Origin: an uncultured bacterium
GTDB lineage: Bacteria > Chlamydiota > Chlamydiia > Chlamydiales > SM23-39
DNA: 64,000 nt
Assembly: GCA_963716985.1 (NCBI GenBank)
Contig: OY970323.1
Coordinates: 64,001-128,000, forward strand
Reading direction: 5' to 3'
Part shown: piece by piece, positions 32,116-43,100 of the stretch
Position numbering within the stretch: position 1 is the stretch's first letter
Layout of the letters: every line of letters starts with the position of its first letter
The notes under the pieces: model-generated
The model's input: only the letters and a program-made list of their open reading frames with translations
Databases searched by the model: none
What the model was told of the DNA's origin: nothing
Program-made: the position numbers and the translations under genes

Positions 32116-32967
32116 TCAATTCCCAATTTCTTTATCAGGCGTTGTTTGTGTTATTGCGGGCGGTAAATAATTTTCTCTAGAGACTACTTTTTTCTGAGTT
32201 TTTTCTTCCAGCTCTATTCGTGCCTTTTTTGCGATATTACCACCTGTTTTTGCGGCAGTTTTGTTTTCGACCATGCCAGCTGCATCAGTGCTTTCAGCTA
32301 TTTGCCTTGTAGAGAGTTCGGCCAGAGCGGTAAAGATTAGCTCGGCTTCGCTCATGTGATCGCGTAGGTTTTGGGTTTTCAATCCTTTGAGATCTTTGTG
32401 TTGTTTTACTGATATACCCGCCCATTCTTGATGAATGATGTTAGTGAGGATTGCAAATTCTCGTGTCTCTTTAATGTCATGGTCTTTCCAATAATCGGTG
32501 AGTTTATTGCGCGTCTCTTGACCCATCATGCGCTGTTGAATCCATTTTTCACTTCGTCCATGTTTCTGCCAGGTTTCTCTAGCTCTATCCAACGATCTTT
32601 CTGGATCAGTCATTTCTTGTATGCGTTCATACCCTACTTTTGCCAGCCAAAGTTTTATCGGCTCTGCTTTTGGACTGGGGATTGATTGGATCAGTCGTAA
32701 TACGGTTTCAGCATTGGCAACATCTGTGAGATATTTTTTACCGTCAGCGGCTTCCAATTTCAGTCGCTTACAATTTGTAAGCGACTGACTGCCTTCTTTA
32801 TTGAGTCTGGTTTTTAAAACGTTCCAGTAGTTTCTAGCTGCCTGAAAATCAGATTGTTGAGTCAATATCTGAACGATATCTATGACGGAAAAATACCAGG
32901 TTTCCGTTTCTTCGTCATACAGGCGACGTACTTTGTAGTCCTCAAAAAGGATCAAGTCATTTTTCAT
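32116..32967 (-). CDS. Bro-N / phage antirepressor-like DNA-binding protein
   Basis: WYFSVIDIV, RLIQSIPSPKAEP, NLRDHM. Confidence 0.85.
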   Translation of the reverse strand: MKNDLILFEDYKVRRLYDEETETWYFSVIDIVQILTQQSDFQAARNYWNVLKTRLNKEGSQSLTNCKRLKLEAADGKKYLTDVANAETVLRLIQSIPSPKAEPIKLWLAKVGYERIQEMTDPERSLDRARETWQKHGRSEKWIQQRMMGQETRNKLTDYWKDHDIKETREFAILTNIIHQEWAGISVKQHKDLKGLKTQNLRDHMSEAELIFTALAELSTRQIAESTDAAGMVENKTAAKTGGNIAKKARIELEEKTQKKVVSRENYLPPAITQTTPDKEIGN

Positions 32968-33049
32968 AAGTTGGATTCCAAATAGTGCTTGTCAGTATAG
33001 ACTTGAGGAAGAATTCCTTTCAAAGAAAAGTCTCATCATCAATTGATAA

Positions 33050-33150
33050 CAAAATATTTCCGTATTTTCCCATAAAGAACCTTCTTCCGACACTTTGGAA
33101 TGAATACAACTTGGGGGGTCCACCGGTCAAACCAGTGGCGTACCTATCGG
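33050..33150 (-). pseudogene. IS200-like tnpA remnant with terminal hairpin
   Basis: VVFIPKCRKKVLYGKIRKY on minus strand; hairpin at 33120-33138 matches 11057-11075. Confidence 0.7.
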
Positions 33151-33217
33151 CAGTTATTTTTTTACGATCCCTTAGCGAAGAAATACCCAAAGGCGCCTGT
33201 CGAGTGTTTTTTGACTA

Positions 33218-33428
33218 GTGCTCTGTCATTAAAATTTGCGCTCTACGCACCCGTTGTGATGTTCCCTTGAGTTTTTTGATTACCTCTTCGAGCTGACTTC
33301 GTTCGTCTGGTGAAAGGCGAACAATATATTTTTTTTTCATGATTGTTACCATTTTTGTTAGTAAAGGAAGGAAATGGTAGCAAAAATTTTAATGCTTGTA
33401 ACTCTAAATTTTAACTATGACAGAGCAC
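33218..33428 (-). mobile_element. 211-bp internally deleted IS630 element
   Basis: Same TIRs as the MITEs; encodes IS630 N-terminus MKKKYIVRLSPDERSQLEEVIKKLKGTSQRVRRAQIL. Confidence 0.85.
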
Positions 33429-33445
33429 TAGCCAGATGGTAAGCA

Positions 33446-34333
33446 ATGTCTAAACTTCCATACGTTTTTCTTGCTCTCCCGCATGAGTTTTTGACGGAGG
33501 ATTTTTTAAAAGATCCTGTCATGATGCGCTTTGTTGTATGGATGTTCAAACGTATCTCTCCCAACTCTTCGTTGGTTCCTTTGAAGGGAATGAGCAAGCA
33601 GCTGCTTCTCGATCCATTTGAATTCATGTTTGGTAGAGAAAGATGCGCTTTGGCCGCGGGCATCTCCCTCAAAAATGCACGTACAAGGCTGGAACAGCTA
33701 ATCGGCCTTGGATATATCAAAAAGGTGGCCGGCAAAGGGGCCAGCACTTATTCGGTTTATTGCCTAGAGACGGGAGCTCTTCGTCAGAGTGTTAACGGCC
33801 AGCAAAATGAACAGCAGCTAGAACAACAGACCGGCCAGCGAACGGGCCACAATCTAGAAGCGCAGATCCCAGATCTTAAAATTATAAAAGAGACGCCTAA
33901 CGTTATCTTGAAAACGGTCGACAGGTCGCCTTTTTCAGACAAACAGAAAAGGGATCTTCAAGGATTGCTTGCATATTGCCAAGATAAGGAGCTTCGGATT
34001 TCAGAGCGCGCCTTGAGAAGATGGATTCGTCTCTATGAATCGGAGCGTATAACGGATCATCTCTCATTGTTGCTAAAGGGGGTCGAAGGAATTAAAAAAC
34101 CTGAGGCATGGATGGAGGTGGCCTTGAAAGAAAATTATTCTGGTCAGAATAGCAACATCAAAGTGAATCGGCTTTTTACAGAGGGATTTGTGCGAAGAAA
34201 TAATTGGACTGATATCAAAATAACGCAATCCTACTGCACTCACCCGCCTTCCGGCAAAGATTACTCGTTTAAATTGCCTCCAAGATTTTCGGGGAATGTT
34301 GGTCGATTGCTTCGAGCAATACAGCCAAAATTA
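33446..34333 (+). pseudogene. putative phage-type replication initiator, frameshifted near 34283
   Basis: Paralog of 54078-54968; 2 nt shorter at CCTCCAAGATTTTC versus CCTCCAGAAGGTTTTC. Confidence 0.7.
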
Positions 34334-34344
34334 GGAAGGAAAGC

Positions 34345-34827
34345 TTGGAAGCAAAGATCAAATCTCCTGAAAATTCAGGAAAAATACAGGCGAAGGGAAA
34401 ATATAAGAAGGGATGCTCAGGCAATCCGAATGGAAAGCCAAAAGGCGCGCGAAATAAAGCCACCCTGGCAGCAGAAGCCCTTTTAGAAGGTTCTTTAGAC
34501 AAAATCTGCAAGAAAGTCGAAGAAGAGGCTTTAAACGGAAACATGCAGGCCGCAAAAATGATCTTGGAGAGATTTTTGCCGCCCAGAAAAGATCGATGCA
34601 TCGAAATCGCCCTCCCCTCGATAGACACCTTCAAAGATGTGCTCAATGCCGTTGGATTTATCGTCAATGCAGTAGGGAAGGGCAAGATCACTCCTTCTGA
34701 GGGAGAATTGCTCGCTAAAACGGTAGAAAGCTATTCAAAGGCTCTAGAGGCTTGCGAATTCGAATCCAGACTAAAGAGCTTAGAAGAAAATCTAAATGAT
34801 AGGGGTAAACATGAAACTAGCAAATAG
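34345..34827 (+). CDS. DUF5681-domain protein
   Basis: KGCSGNPNGKPKG; TTG start where the paralog has ATG. Confidence 0.75.
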   Translation: MEAKIKSPENSGKIQAKGKYKKGCSGNPNGKPKGARNKATLAAEALLEGSLDKICKKVEEEALNGNMQAAKMILERFLPPRKDRCIEIALPSIDTFKDVLNAVGFIVNAVGKGKITPSEGELLAKTVESYSKALEACEFESRLKSLEENLNDRGKHETSK

Positions 34828-35032
34828 AAAACGGGTGGAGGTGTTAGAAAAGGCTTGTAATCCAGAGAGGGGGAAACCCTCTTATGCCTTGGTCATATAC
34901 AGCCCTGAAATATCAGATCAAATTTCTGGACTTGATGTAGATGCTGATTTTGTAGTGGCTTTGCCTGATAATGGAAGAGGCGATCTCAGCGAGGAAATAC
35001 CCGAAGGAGGACACAAGGTGTTTTTTGATTGA
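34811..35032 (+). CDS. conserved 73-aa hypothetical protein of the element core
   Basis: Near-identical paralog at 55445-55666. Confidence 0.75.
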   Translation: MKLANRKRVEVLEKACNPERGKPSYALVIYSPEISDQISGLDVDADFVVALPDNGRGDLSEEIPEGGHKVFFD

Positions 35033-35060
35033 ACTGGAGTTGTTTTGCATGAAGTTTAAG

Positions 35061-35220
35061 GATAATTTTGCCGGCGCTGGCAAGTCAATCCTTCAGTTGG
35101 TTACAAAATGTAACCATCTCACTGCACTTTACCGGCGCGGGTAACCCAATAATGAACGGAAAAGGAATTGCTCATGCCCAGAAGTGCCCATTCAGATTTG
35201 ACTCCAAGAACTTACTGATC
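35061..35220. pseudogene. mosaic of dinD-like and bro-N-like gene fragments
   Basis: DNFAGAGKSI, HFTGAGNPIMNGKG and IAHAQK on +; SEMVTFCNQLK on -. Confidence 0.65.
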
Positions 35221-35384
35221 GCTATCTCCTTGATAATTACGTAGGTATGACTAAGGTGCGGTTTTTTATGCATAGCACTACACAGTAAAATGCATAGTCG
35301 TGCTACAGGCGCCGTATAATTGAGTAGCTATTGCCCCAGAAGGAAGGCAAAACGCAACGATTTCCAATGACCCTCTCCCATAAA

Positions 35385-35993
35385 CTATTTATAGGCCAAC
35401 CCGTTATGATGGCACCATTCGACTGCTGTTTTGCGTAATCGATTCTTTTGGTATTCGTACCACTGATCTTGAATCTTATAGGCTTGAATTGCCGTATGGA
35501 ATCTCCCAAATGCACCCTTTCCTCTAATAGCGCGAGCAAGGACTTCTTGCATTTTGCTGTCTTCCAACGAGAAAACAAACTCTTCCATGATCTCATACTT
35601 GTTTAATTCCCATCGGGAAGGAAGCGGAACGTACTCATCCGAATCTAAAACACTTGCATCGAGTTCAGATTCATCATCCTGTTCCATTTCTTCAATTTCC
35701 GTCAGTGAGAGAATTTCTCCAGAGGTTCGATTCACATAAAACGAGATGCAATCTGATTGCATATCAAACGCGTCGACCAGTTGAATGAGGTCGACAGGGT
35801 TCTCACCTTTCTTTACTCCGTCGTTTTTCATAAGACTGTTCAGCTTTTCCCTCTCTTCCATTAATTTTGCCTCCTCCCAGGTAAGACCAAAGGGAGCGCC
35901 ACCTTCCGTATGTCCAGCAATAAATTGAAAGTTTTCATCACACTCTGGCTCATCCAAATACAGCGCTGCATTTTTTCTCTTGCGGTTTCTCAT
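35385..35993 (-). CDS. UPF0158-family protein with extra N-terminal FIAGHTEGGAPFG module
   Basis: LPS...YEIMEEFV, AIRGKGAFGRF. Confidence 0.8.
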   Translation of the reverse strand: MRNRKRKNAALYLDEPECDENFQFIAGHTEGGAPFGLTWEEAKLMEEREKLNSLMKNDGVKKGENPVDLIQLVDAFDMQSDCISFYVNRTSGEILSLTEIEEMEQDDESELDASVLDSDEYVPLPSRWELNKYEIMEEFVFSLEDSKMQEVLARAIRGKGAFGRFHTAIQAYKIQDQWYEYQKNRLRKTAVEWCHHNGLAYK

Positions 35994-36015
35994 GTTTTGC
36001 TCCGATGCAGATCGA

Positions 36016-36849
36016 TTATTTTGAATGATAAATCCATGAGAAAATATCGGGCAAATGTCCCCAAAAGTACTCGAATGGTCGGAGATCTTTCACCTGATGG
36101 TGCAGCATATTTTTCCATTCGGATAAAAACTCCGATTTTTGAGGATGTTGCTCAATCGTTATCAGGTTGGGCATTGGCATTTTTTTAAAGGCGCATTTGC
36201 CTTTGAGTGATTCTAAGAGTTTGGCTATATCGGTAAGGCGATGTCGATCTTGGTAAAGATGAACGACGTCATACAGATCCCGAGGACGGGCTCGTTCTGC
36301 AAGAGCACGCAGCTTCTCAGCAAAAATCTCTTCATAGGAATAACTTAAAATTTGTGGCACAACGCTTGGCCGATCAGAATAGTCATGAAAAATCACTCGC
36401 TTTTCAGGCTTGAGCACAATTTGTTCGTCAGCTGTGAGATCGAGTTTAATAGAAGGATAGGGAACTGGCTGTTTCAATGGGCCTCGATAGGACAGCTTAC
36501 CTTGCACCGACAGGCTGCGATGAGGGTCTAGGGAGATCAGATTTTCAGGAATTTCAATCCCCGACTGATCATAGACCCACTGCGCGATCTCTTTTAAGAT
36601 AGGCCGCAGTGCTTCTTCTTTCATTTGCTGAGAATCCAGTAGAGTGAAGTCCAAATCTTCCGAAAATCGATAGTGATTAAAAAAGCATTTTTTAAGGCAT
36701 GTGCCACCTTTAAAAACCCACGAATCTCTCGTTTGCGGATGATTTTGGATGCCGATCAGCATCCATCCCAAAACATAATCTTTCTCAATAGTGGAAGACT
36801 GTAATCCAAACTCTTTTGCTTTTCGCGAAATTTCAAATTTATTAATCAT
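36016..36849 (-). CDS. AbiEii-family nucleotidyltransferase toxin
   Basis: IEKDY, FKGGTCLKK, RFSEDLDF, EKLRAL, RDLYD. Confidence 0.92.
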   Translation of the reverse strand: MINKFEISRKAKEFGLQSSTIEKDYVLGWMLIGIQNHPQTRDSWVFKGGTCLKKCFFNHYRFSEDLDFTLLDSQQMKEEALRPILKEIAQWVYDQSGIEIPENLISLDPHRSLSVQGKLSYRGPLKQPVPYPSIKLDLTADEQIVLKPEKRVIFHDYSDRPSVVPQILSYSYEEIFAEKLRALAERARPRDLYDVVHLYQDRHRLTDIAKLLESLKGKCAFKKMPMPNLITIEQHPQKSEFLSEWKNMLHHQVKDLRPFEYFWGHLPDIFSWIYHSK

Positions 36850-37646
36850 TCTTTTAGTCCTTCAGGAATCCATAATTTCCATTTTTTGATGAGACGCTTG
36901 CCCTTGGACGAAGGATCTAATTGTGAATTTCCTTCGCTAAGGTGTCCTAGACAATATGCAATCCAATTAACTTCTTGCGGCTTTATTTTCGACAAAATGA
37001 ATCCTAATCTTTTGAATATTGTTTTGTTTTTCATCTTGTCTGTGTATTGAACTAATATGTTTAAATCGCAATTGCTTGAGGCTAGGTATTGTTGGAACAA
37101 ATCAATCACGGAACGAATCCCTCCTCCAGTGGCAGGATCATCCAACATATCGATGATTGTTTTATGAGGATCGGATACTTGGACTTTCATTTGATCTTTC
37201 CAGATGGTCTTGAGTCCAAACATTTTGTCGGGCGCTGATTTTTTTATCAAAAATGCCAATCCTGCAACAAATTGCCCTTTCTGATTTAGGCGTCGAGAGG
37301 TAAAGACGATGGTCGATTCGAAAATCTGTTCGGTGAGACCCCAATACTGGGCCGCAGACCATCCTCCGATATAGCAGGGAGAAAAGATTTGAGAGGCTAT
37401 TATCCATGGATCGAGAGGGCCGCCATCGGGAGTTTCTGCAGCTATGTCTACTGGGAAATATAGCCCCCGCCTGACTCTTCGCAGCCAGCCATTTTTTGCC
37501 CATGAGGACAGATACAGTCTTGCCTGCTCCCTTGAGACGTTTAATGTTTCTGCTACCAAACTTACTGATATGCAACCTTTTGAATTGCGAAGCACCTCTG
37601 AAAGTCTCTTACGAGATAATTTGCCCAGCCCCGCCAACTCATCCAT
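36846..37646 (-). CDS. AbiEi-family antitoxin / transcriptional regulator
   Basis: wHTH with RVRRGLY; YIGGWSAA.YWGLTEQ; KTIIDMLD; ATGA overlap with the toxin. Confidence 0.88.
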   Translation of the reverse strand: MDELAGLGKLSRKRLSEVLRNSKGCISVSLVAETLNVSREQARLYLSSWAKNGWLRRVRRGLYFPVDIAAETPDGGPLDPWIIASQIFSPCYIGGWSAAQYWGLTEQIFESTIVFTSRRLNQKGQFVAGLAFLIKKSAPDKMFGLKTIWKDQMKVQVSDPHKTIIDMLDDPATGGGIRSVIDLFQQYLASSNCDLNILVQYTDKMKNKTIFKRLGFILSKIKPQEVNWIAYCLGHLSEGNSQLDPSSKGKRLIKKWKLWIPEGLKE

Positions 37647-37773
37647 GGTACATCCAAGGCGTTAATCGTGTTTGAAAAGATAGGTTATCCATGATTTAGA
37701 TGTACCATAAGGGTATGTTTTAACCAAAGAAAAAATATGCTTTTGTTTTATTTTCAATGATTTAAATACACCC

Positions 37774-38541
37774 CTATTCTTGATCTCGGAGGTGTTTTCG
37801 GACAGCTGCCCGATAGTTGCAAAAATCGCAGGATTCTTTCGGCTCTGGACATATTGGCTCTTCAAGACAATTTCGAATCTGGAATAGGGTCGACTCTACC
37901 CAGGAGTCATCCCCGGTGTAAGGAATAATGGAAATCGAAAATTCGAGTTTTCCTTCGAACCCCTCTTTAGAAGTATCTCCATTGCAATAGACGAAATAGC
38001 CGGTGTTCGACACCTTGAAGTCTTTATGCCTCAAAAGCCACTGATAAACTTCCATCTGGTTTTTGTAAGATTGGCGATATTCCTCATCAAGCGTTATTTC
38101 TTTACTGGTACTCGTGGCCTTGTAATCGACGACAATCAATTCTCCAGCAGGGGTAACCCACAAATCATCCACGGCCCCGCTGACCAGAAAATTCGAGGCT
38201 TCGTGCAAATATTGGACTCCTTTGAAATTTTGACGCCATGCATCGAGGTCGGCGTGGGCGAAAGGAATGGCGTTGATCCCATACTTGACCATCAGGGGAT
38301 GCGGTTCCCCTCTAACCCTGTAAATATCAAATTCCTTTTTTAAGAGCGTGTCGACCGCCGTGTTCAAAGTAAAAGGCAAGGAGCCGGGGTGACCTGTACC
38401 ACACCGTCTATCGAGGTAAAAGCAGCATGGGCAGCTAAGAAAATCTTGGATTTTTGAACGACTGAGTTTGAAAGGTTTCTTTTGCCCCTTCGTAAATAAA
38501 TTTCTTGATCTTTGCGGAGTGTATAAACTCATTATTTTCAT
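37774..38541 (-). CDS. PD-(D/E)XK RecB/Cas4-like nuclease, copy 1
   Basis: LSRS, CPCCF, GAVDD, VVDYKAT, QMEVY, C-terminal C..C. Confidence 0.85.
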   Translation of the reverse strand: MKIMSLYTPQRSRNLFTKGQKKPFKLSRSKIQDFLSCPCCFYLDRRCGTGHPGSLPFTLNTAVDTLLKKEFDIYRVRGEPHPLMVKYGINAIPFAHADLDAWRQNFKGVQYLHEASNFLVSGAVDDLWVTPAGELIVVDYKATSTSKEITLDEEYRQSYKNQMEVYQWLLRHKDFKVSNTGYFVYCNGDTSKEGFEGKLEFSISIIPYTGDDSWVESTLFQIRNCLEEPICPEPKESCDFCNYRAAVRKHLRDQE

Positions 38542-38734
38542 CCAGATTTATTATCGTAATATATCAGATTTGTGTTTTGTATGCACATTTTGTTTTGTAT
38601 AATGTGTTCTAAAGCAAATTGTTTAGGTAAGTTTGGATGGATCTAGTCGATTTGCTTTGTTACAATGATCGATCGGGTCCGATCGGAGTGAAAATCGGAA
38701 CGAATGGCTAACTGATCGATGATGGAAAAAGCTT

Positions 38735-40189
38735 ATGTTCGAACAAACGTTCAAAAACATTGACGATATTCTTCACAAAGATGCCGGCTGTTCCAGCGAG
38801 CTGGACTACACTGAGCAGACTTCATGGCTCCTATTTTTGAAATATTTAGACGCGCTAGAAAACGATAAAGCGATGGAGGCTGAGTTAAGCGGAAAAACAC
38901 ATCCTCACATTCTTGAAACCGCTTATCGCTGGGGAAGTTGGGCTGCGCCGAAAGGCAAAGATGGAAAGATTGATCACAATGTGGCCCTAACCGGAGACGA
39001 CTTGCTGGTTTTCGTGAATCAGAAGCTTTTCCCCTACTTAGTTGGATTCAAATCCAAAGCGACGGGTCCGAATACCATCGAATACAAGATCGGGGAGATT
39101 TTCGGGGAAATAAAAAATCGCATCCAGAGTGGCTACAACCTGCGCGAAATCGTTGATCGCATTGATGAACTGCAATTCCGCTCGCAGACAGAGAAGCATG
39201 AATTGTCTCACCTCTACGAAGCCAAGATCAAGAACATGGGCAACGCCGGGCGCAATGGTGGTGAGTATTACACTCCTCGCCCGCTCATCCGCGCCATAGT
39301 AAAAATAGTGCAGCCGAAGATCGGTGAAACAATCTATGACGGTGCAGTCGGTTCAGCAGGCTTTTTGTGCGAGGCATTCGATTACCTAAGGTCAAAGGGT
39401 AACCTCACCACAAAAGATCTCACCACGCTCCAGACGAGCACTTTCTATGGTAAAGAGAAAAAACCTCTTGCCTATGTCATCGCAATCATGAACATGATCC
39501 TGCATGGCATTGAGGCTCCAAACATCTTGCGCACCAATACGCTATCTGAGAATCTTGCCGACATTCAGGAAAAGGATCGCGTGGACGTGATCCTCGCCAA
39601 TCCGCCCTTCGGCGGCAAAGAACGTAAGGAAGTCCAACAAAACTTCTCCATTCGCACTGGCGAAACAGCCTTTCTATTCCTTCAGCACTTCATCAAGATG
39701 CTTAAGTCTGGTGGCCGAGCTGGAATAGTCATCAAAAACACTTTTCTTTCCAATCCTGACAACGCTTCAGTGAGTCTACGCAAACTCTTGCTAGAAAACT
39801 GTAATCTGCACACCGTGCTCGACTGTCCTGGCGGCACGTTTCAAGGGGCTGGTGTAAAAACCGTAGTACTCTTCTTCGAAAAAGGCACAAAAACGCGGAA
39901 AACGTGGTTCTACCAGCTAGACCCCTGCCGCAACCTCGGTAAAACCAATCCGCTCAACGATGCCGATCTCGCCGAGTTCATTGAATTGCAGAAGACCTTT
40001 GTCGAATCGCCCAAGAGCTGGAGTGCGGATGTTAATAGCATTGACCAGATGACTTTTGACCTCTCTGTGAAAAACCCGAATAGCGGCGAGGCGGTGACTT
40101 ACCGTAGTTCAACCGAGATTTTGGATGAGATTTCCACACTGGATGATGAGAGCGCAGAGGTACTAGCGAACATCAGGGGGCTGCTATGA
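38735..40189 (+). CDS. hsdM: type I R-M methyltransferase subunit
   Basis: GEYYTPR, GSAGFL, LANPPFGG. Confidence 0.95.
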   Translation: MFEQTFKNIDDILHKDAGCSSELDYTEQTSWLLFLKYLDALENDKAMEAELSGKTHPHILETAYRWGSWAAPKGKDGKIDHNVALTGDDLLVFVNQKLFPYLVGFKSKATGPNTIEYKIGEIFGEIKNRIQSGYNLREIVDRIDELQFRSQTEKHELSHLYEAKIKNMGNAGRNGGEYYTPRPLIRAIVKIVQPKIGETIYDGAVGSAGFLCEAFDYLRSKGNLTTKDLTTLQTSTFYGKEKKPLAYVIAIMNMILHGIEAPNILRTNTLSENLADIQEKDRVDVILANPPFGGKERKEVQQNFSIRTGETAFLFLQHFIKMLKSGGRAGIVIKNTFLSNPDNASVSLRKLLLENCNLHTVLDCPGGTFQGAGVKTVVLFFEKGTKTRKTWFYQLDPCRNLGKTNPLNDADLAEFIELQKTFVESPKSWSADVNSIDQMTFDLSVKNPNSGEAVTYRSSTEILDEISTLDDESAEVLANIRGLL

Positions 40190-43100
40190 GGGATGGATGG
40201 CAGAAAAAAAGGCTGGGTGAGGTTTGCGAAATCATCAAGGGCCGGAAACCAGCGCTGAAAAAAAAACCTTTGAATGACGATTTACCTTACTTGGTCGCGA
40301 AAGTGATGCGAGGAAGCAAAGAGGCCGAATACGCATCATTAAAAGACAGAAACTCGATTCTGGTTAACGAATCAGAGACTATCATCATCTGTGACGGATC
40401 AAACTCTGGCGAAGTCTTTACTGGATTTCGGGGAATACTTTCTTCAACTATGGGAAAAATCTCTAAGAAAACAGAGATTGATGACAACTACCTTCAAGCA
40501 TTTCTTACTTCTACATTTGAAGTCTTCAATGGAGCAAAGTCCGGCGCTGCAATTCCTCATCTCGATAAGGAAGCCTTCTATCAGCTTGAATTTCCCCTCG
40601 CACCCCTCCCTGAACAACAGCGAATCGTCGCCATTCTCGATGAAGCATTTGACGCCATTGCAATTGCCAAAACTAACGCCGAAAAGAACCTCCATAACAC
40701 TCGAACCCTTTTCGAAAGCCAACTCCAATCTATCTTCGCGGAGTCGTGGCAAACATGCGAATTGGTAAAACTTTCAGACTTATCAAGTAATATCACAGAC
40801 GGGGATCATTTGCCGCCGCCGAAATCTTCAAAGGGTGTTCCGTTCATAACCATCGGAAACATCGCAAAGGAAACTCACAAGATTAACTTTGCTGATACAT
40901 TCATGGTGTCGCACTCGTACTTTGATGCGCTAAAACCTCACAAGAAACCGAAAAAAGGTGACGTTCTTTACACAGTTACAGGATCTTTTGGCATTCCGGT
41001 AATCGTGGATGATACTATTGATTTTTGCTTCCAACGACACATCGGACTGATTCGCCCGAAACTTGAAACGAATAGTTCTTGGTTATATTACCTACTCATG
41101 TCTCCGCAAGTGTTCAAGCAGGCAAAGGAAGGAGCAACAGGCACTGCGCAAAAAACCGTTTCCTTGAAACTATTGCGCGGTTTTGAGGTACCAAAAGTCT
41201 GGGGTGTGACAAATTGATAGTTGACCACTAAAAACCAATCGCTTCGCTCCTGACGGCTCCAGCCGATTCGTGTACAATATTTTTTTGAAAATTCTTTTTT
41301 CTCCAGAACGCCAAAGCTTTCCTTCTTCTGGAAAGTAGCGTCGATCCGACCTGTTCTCTTGTCCACGTGTCGACATCACTTATCTTTATATGTGTCATGG
41401 CTGCCTTCACCAAAGCAATATCCACTTTACCGACGCACGCAGCTACTCCCAGAATAAGCGGCGTGAAGCCTCCCTTGCTTTGGTCATTCTCGAGACTTTT
41501 CAATTTTCCAAATAGAGATTCTATGATTTCGCTTGAACCAAGCCAGGTTTGTCCAAAAGGGACGACTTTCGACTGTTCGTAGAAGAAATCTATCAGCGCT
41601 CCAGCGTATTCGCATGCTTCTGCATTAAAATTTAAGGACTTCATTTCCTCTTCCAAAAATGCATCTATCTGCTCTCCTGTGCTAAAACTCACTCCATTCT
41701 CGCGGATATACTGTCTAGTTTTCCGACTGATGAGGTCAAATTGTTTCAATCTTTCAATGAGCCCTGTATATTGACGAATCCAGCCACAGTATTGTTCGAG
41801 CAGATCCTTGTCAGGATGGTTCGGCGTATCTATGGCAACCATAATGTCAATTCCCCATCGCGCAAGAATCTCGATATTGAGGAATCGAGACTTCGTCCTT
41901 TGGTTGGGTGGCATGAGATGAGCTGCCTGTGTTTGCTGCATCTTATTCTTGGCAGCTGCCGCAGCTGTTGAAAAAGCTTGCCATTCCGAATCATCCTCGA
42001 AAATCTTTTTTAAAAAAGTGCCAATTTTATGAATAGTGTCAAAAACGCGGCCAGCACCATGCTTCTGACAAAACAGTTCAATTCCGCCTCGGAGATCTGA
42101 ACCATCATCAGCGCATACCATAGCAGCCTTTCCAATTTTTTTCTGTGCATTCTCCAATGCCCTGCAGACAATATTCGCGTTGGACTGATCATGGAGCTCT
42201 ATAATCAGTACTTCCATGTCCTCGAGAGTTAGTGCTTTTCCCTTCTGAAACTTACTCAGACGCATTCCTAAAATTACAAGACATTTTTGAGTACCAATTT
42301 GGACTGAATTGTCAATGACTAGTGCCCAGTCATTTGCTTGTTCTTTCGGGCAATTCAACTTATAGAGACCTATCTGCGTTAGCCATCTGCTGATGCTTTT
42401 GTATGTTGGAATCGGTTGATCTTTGACAGCATCGAATTGAGAAAATGCAATATGAATCGCCTTAGGAGCTGCGCGAAATGAAATAGTAGCTTGGAGCACT
42501 AGCCTAATGCACATGATGATCATCAAGATGGGATACCAACCACGCGGGGCTTTCTCTCCCATCTTTGGAATCAAATTTTCAAGACCCCTGTTTTTTTTTT
42601 CGAGCTGCTTCAATTTCAGTTTGGAGTTGATCTGCGCGCCTGCGTTCCTCATCAGCTCGTATTCGCTCGCGCTCTATCTCTTTCTTTGCAGTCTGTATCT
42701 TCTCTTGAGCCTCCAGTAATCTCTCCTGCGCAACTTGTATTTGTTGCTCCAGGCCTTCCTTTTGCTGGTCAAGCTCTTTATTACGATCTTTCCAATGATC
42801 GCGACTTTCAGCAATCTCTACATTCCTGTCGCGAAGTTTTTTGTTCTGCTGGGTTTTTTCATAATTGTGATGCTTCAGCGCATCTCTGGATGTTCGTAGC
42901 CGCTTGATTTTCTGGTGCAATTCACCAGGCCGTTCTTTCTTCATTTTTATCCTATCGGGAAAAATGACTAAACATTGTGACGGTTTTGTTGTTGTGAAGT
43001 CAAGATTTTATTGAAAGGTTTGTGTAGTAAAGTTGGACAAAAAATAGGGGGGTAGTACTACGGCTCTCTTGGGCCATTGTTGGACGTCTTCTGATTGTTT

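Noticed and set aside
33446..34486. 346-aa Rep with a novel C-terminal extension
   Set aside because: The extension arises from a 2-nt loss relative to the paralog and overlaps the DUF5681 gene.
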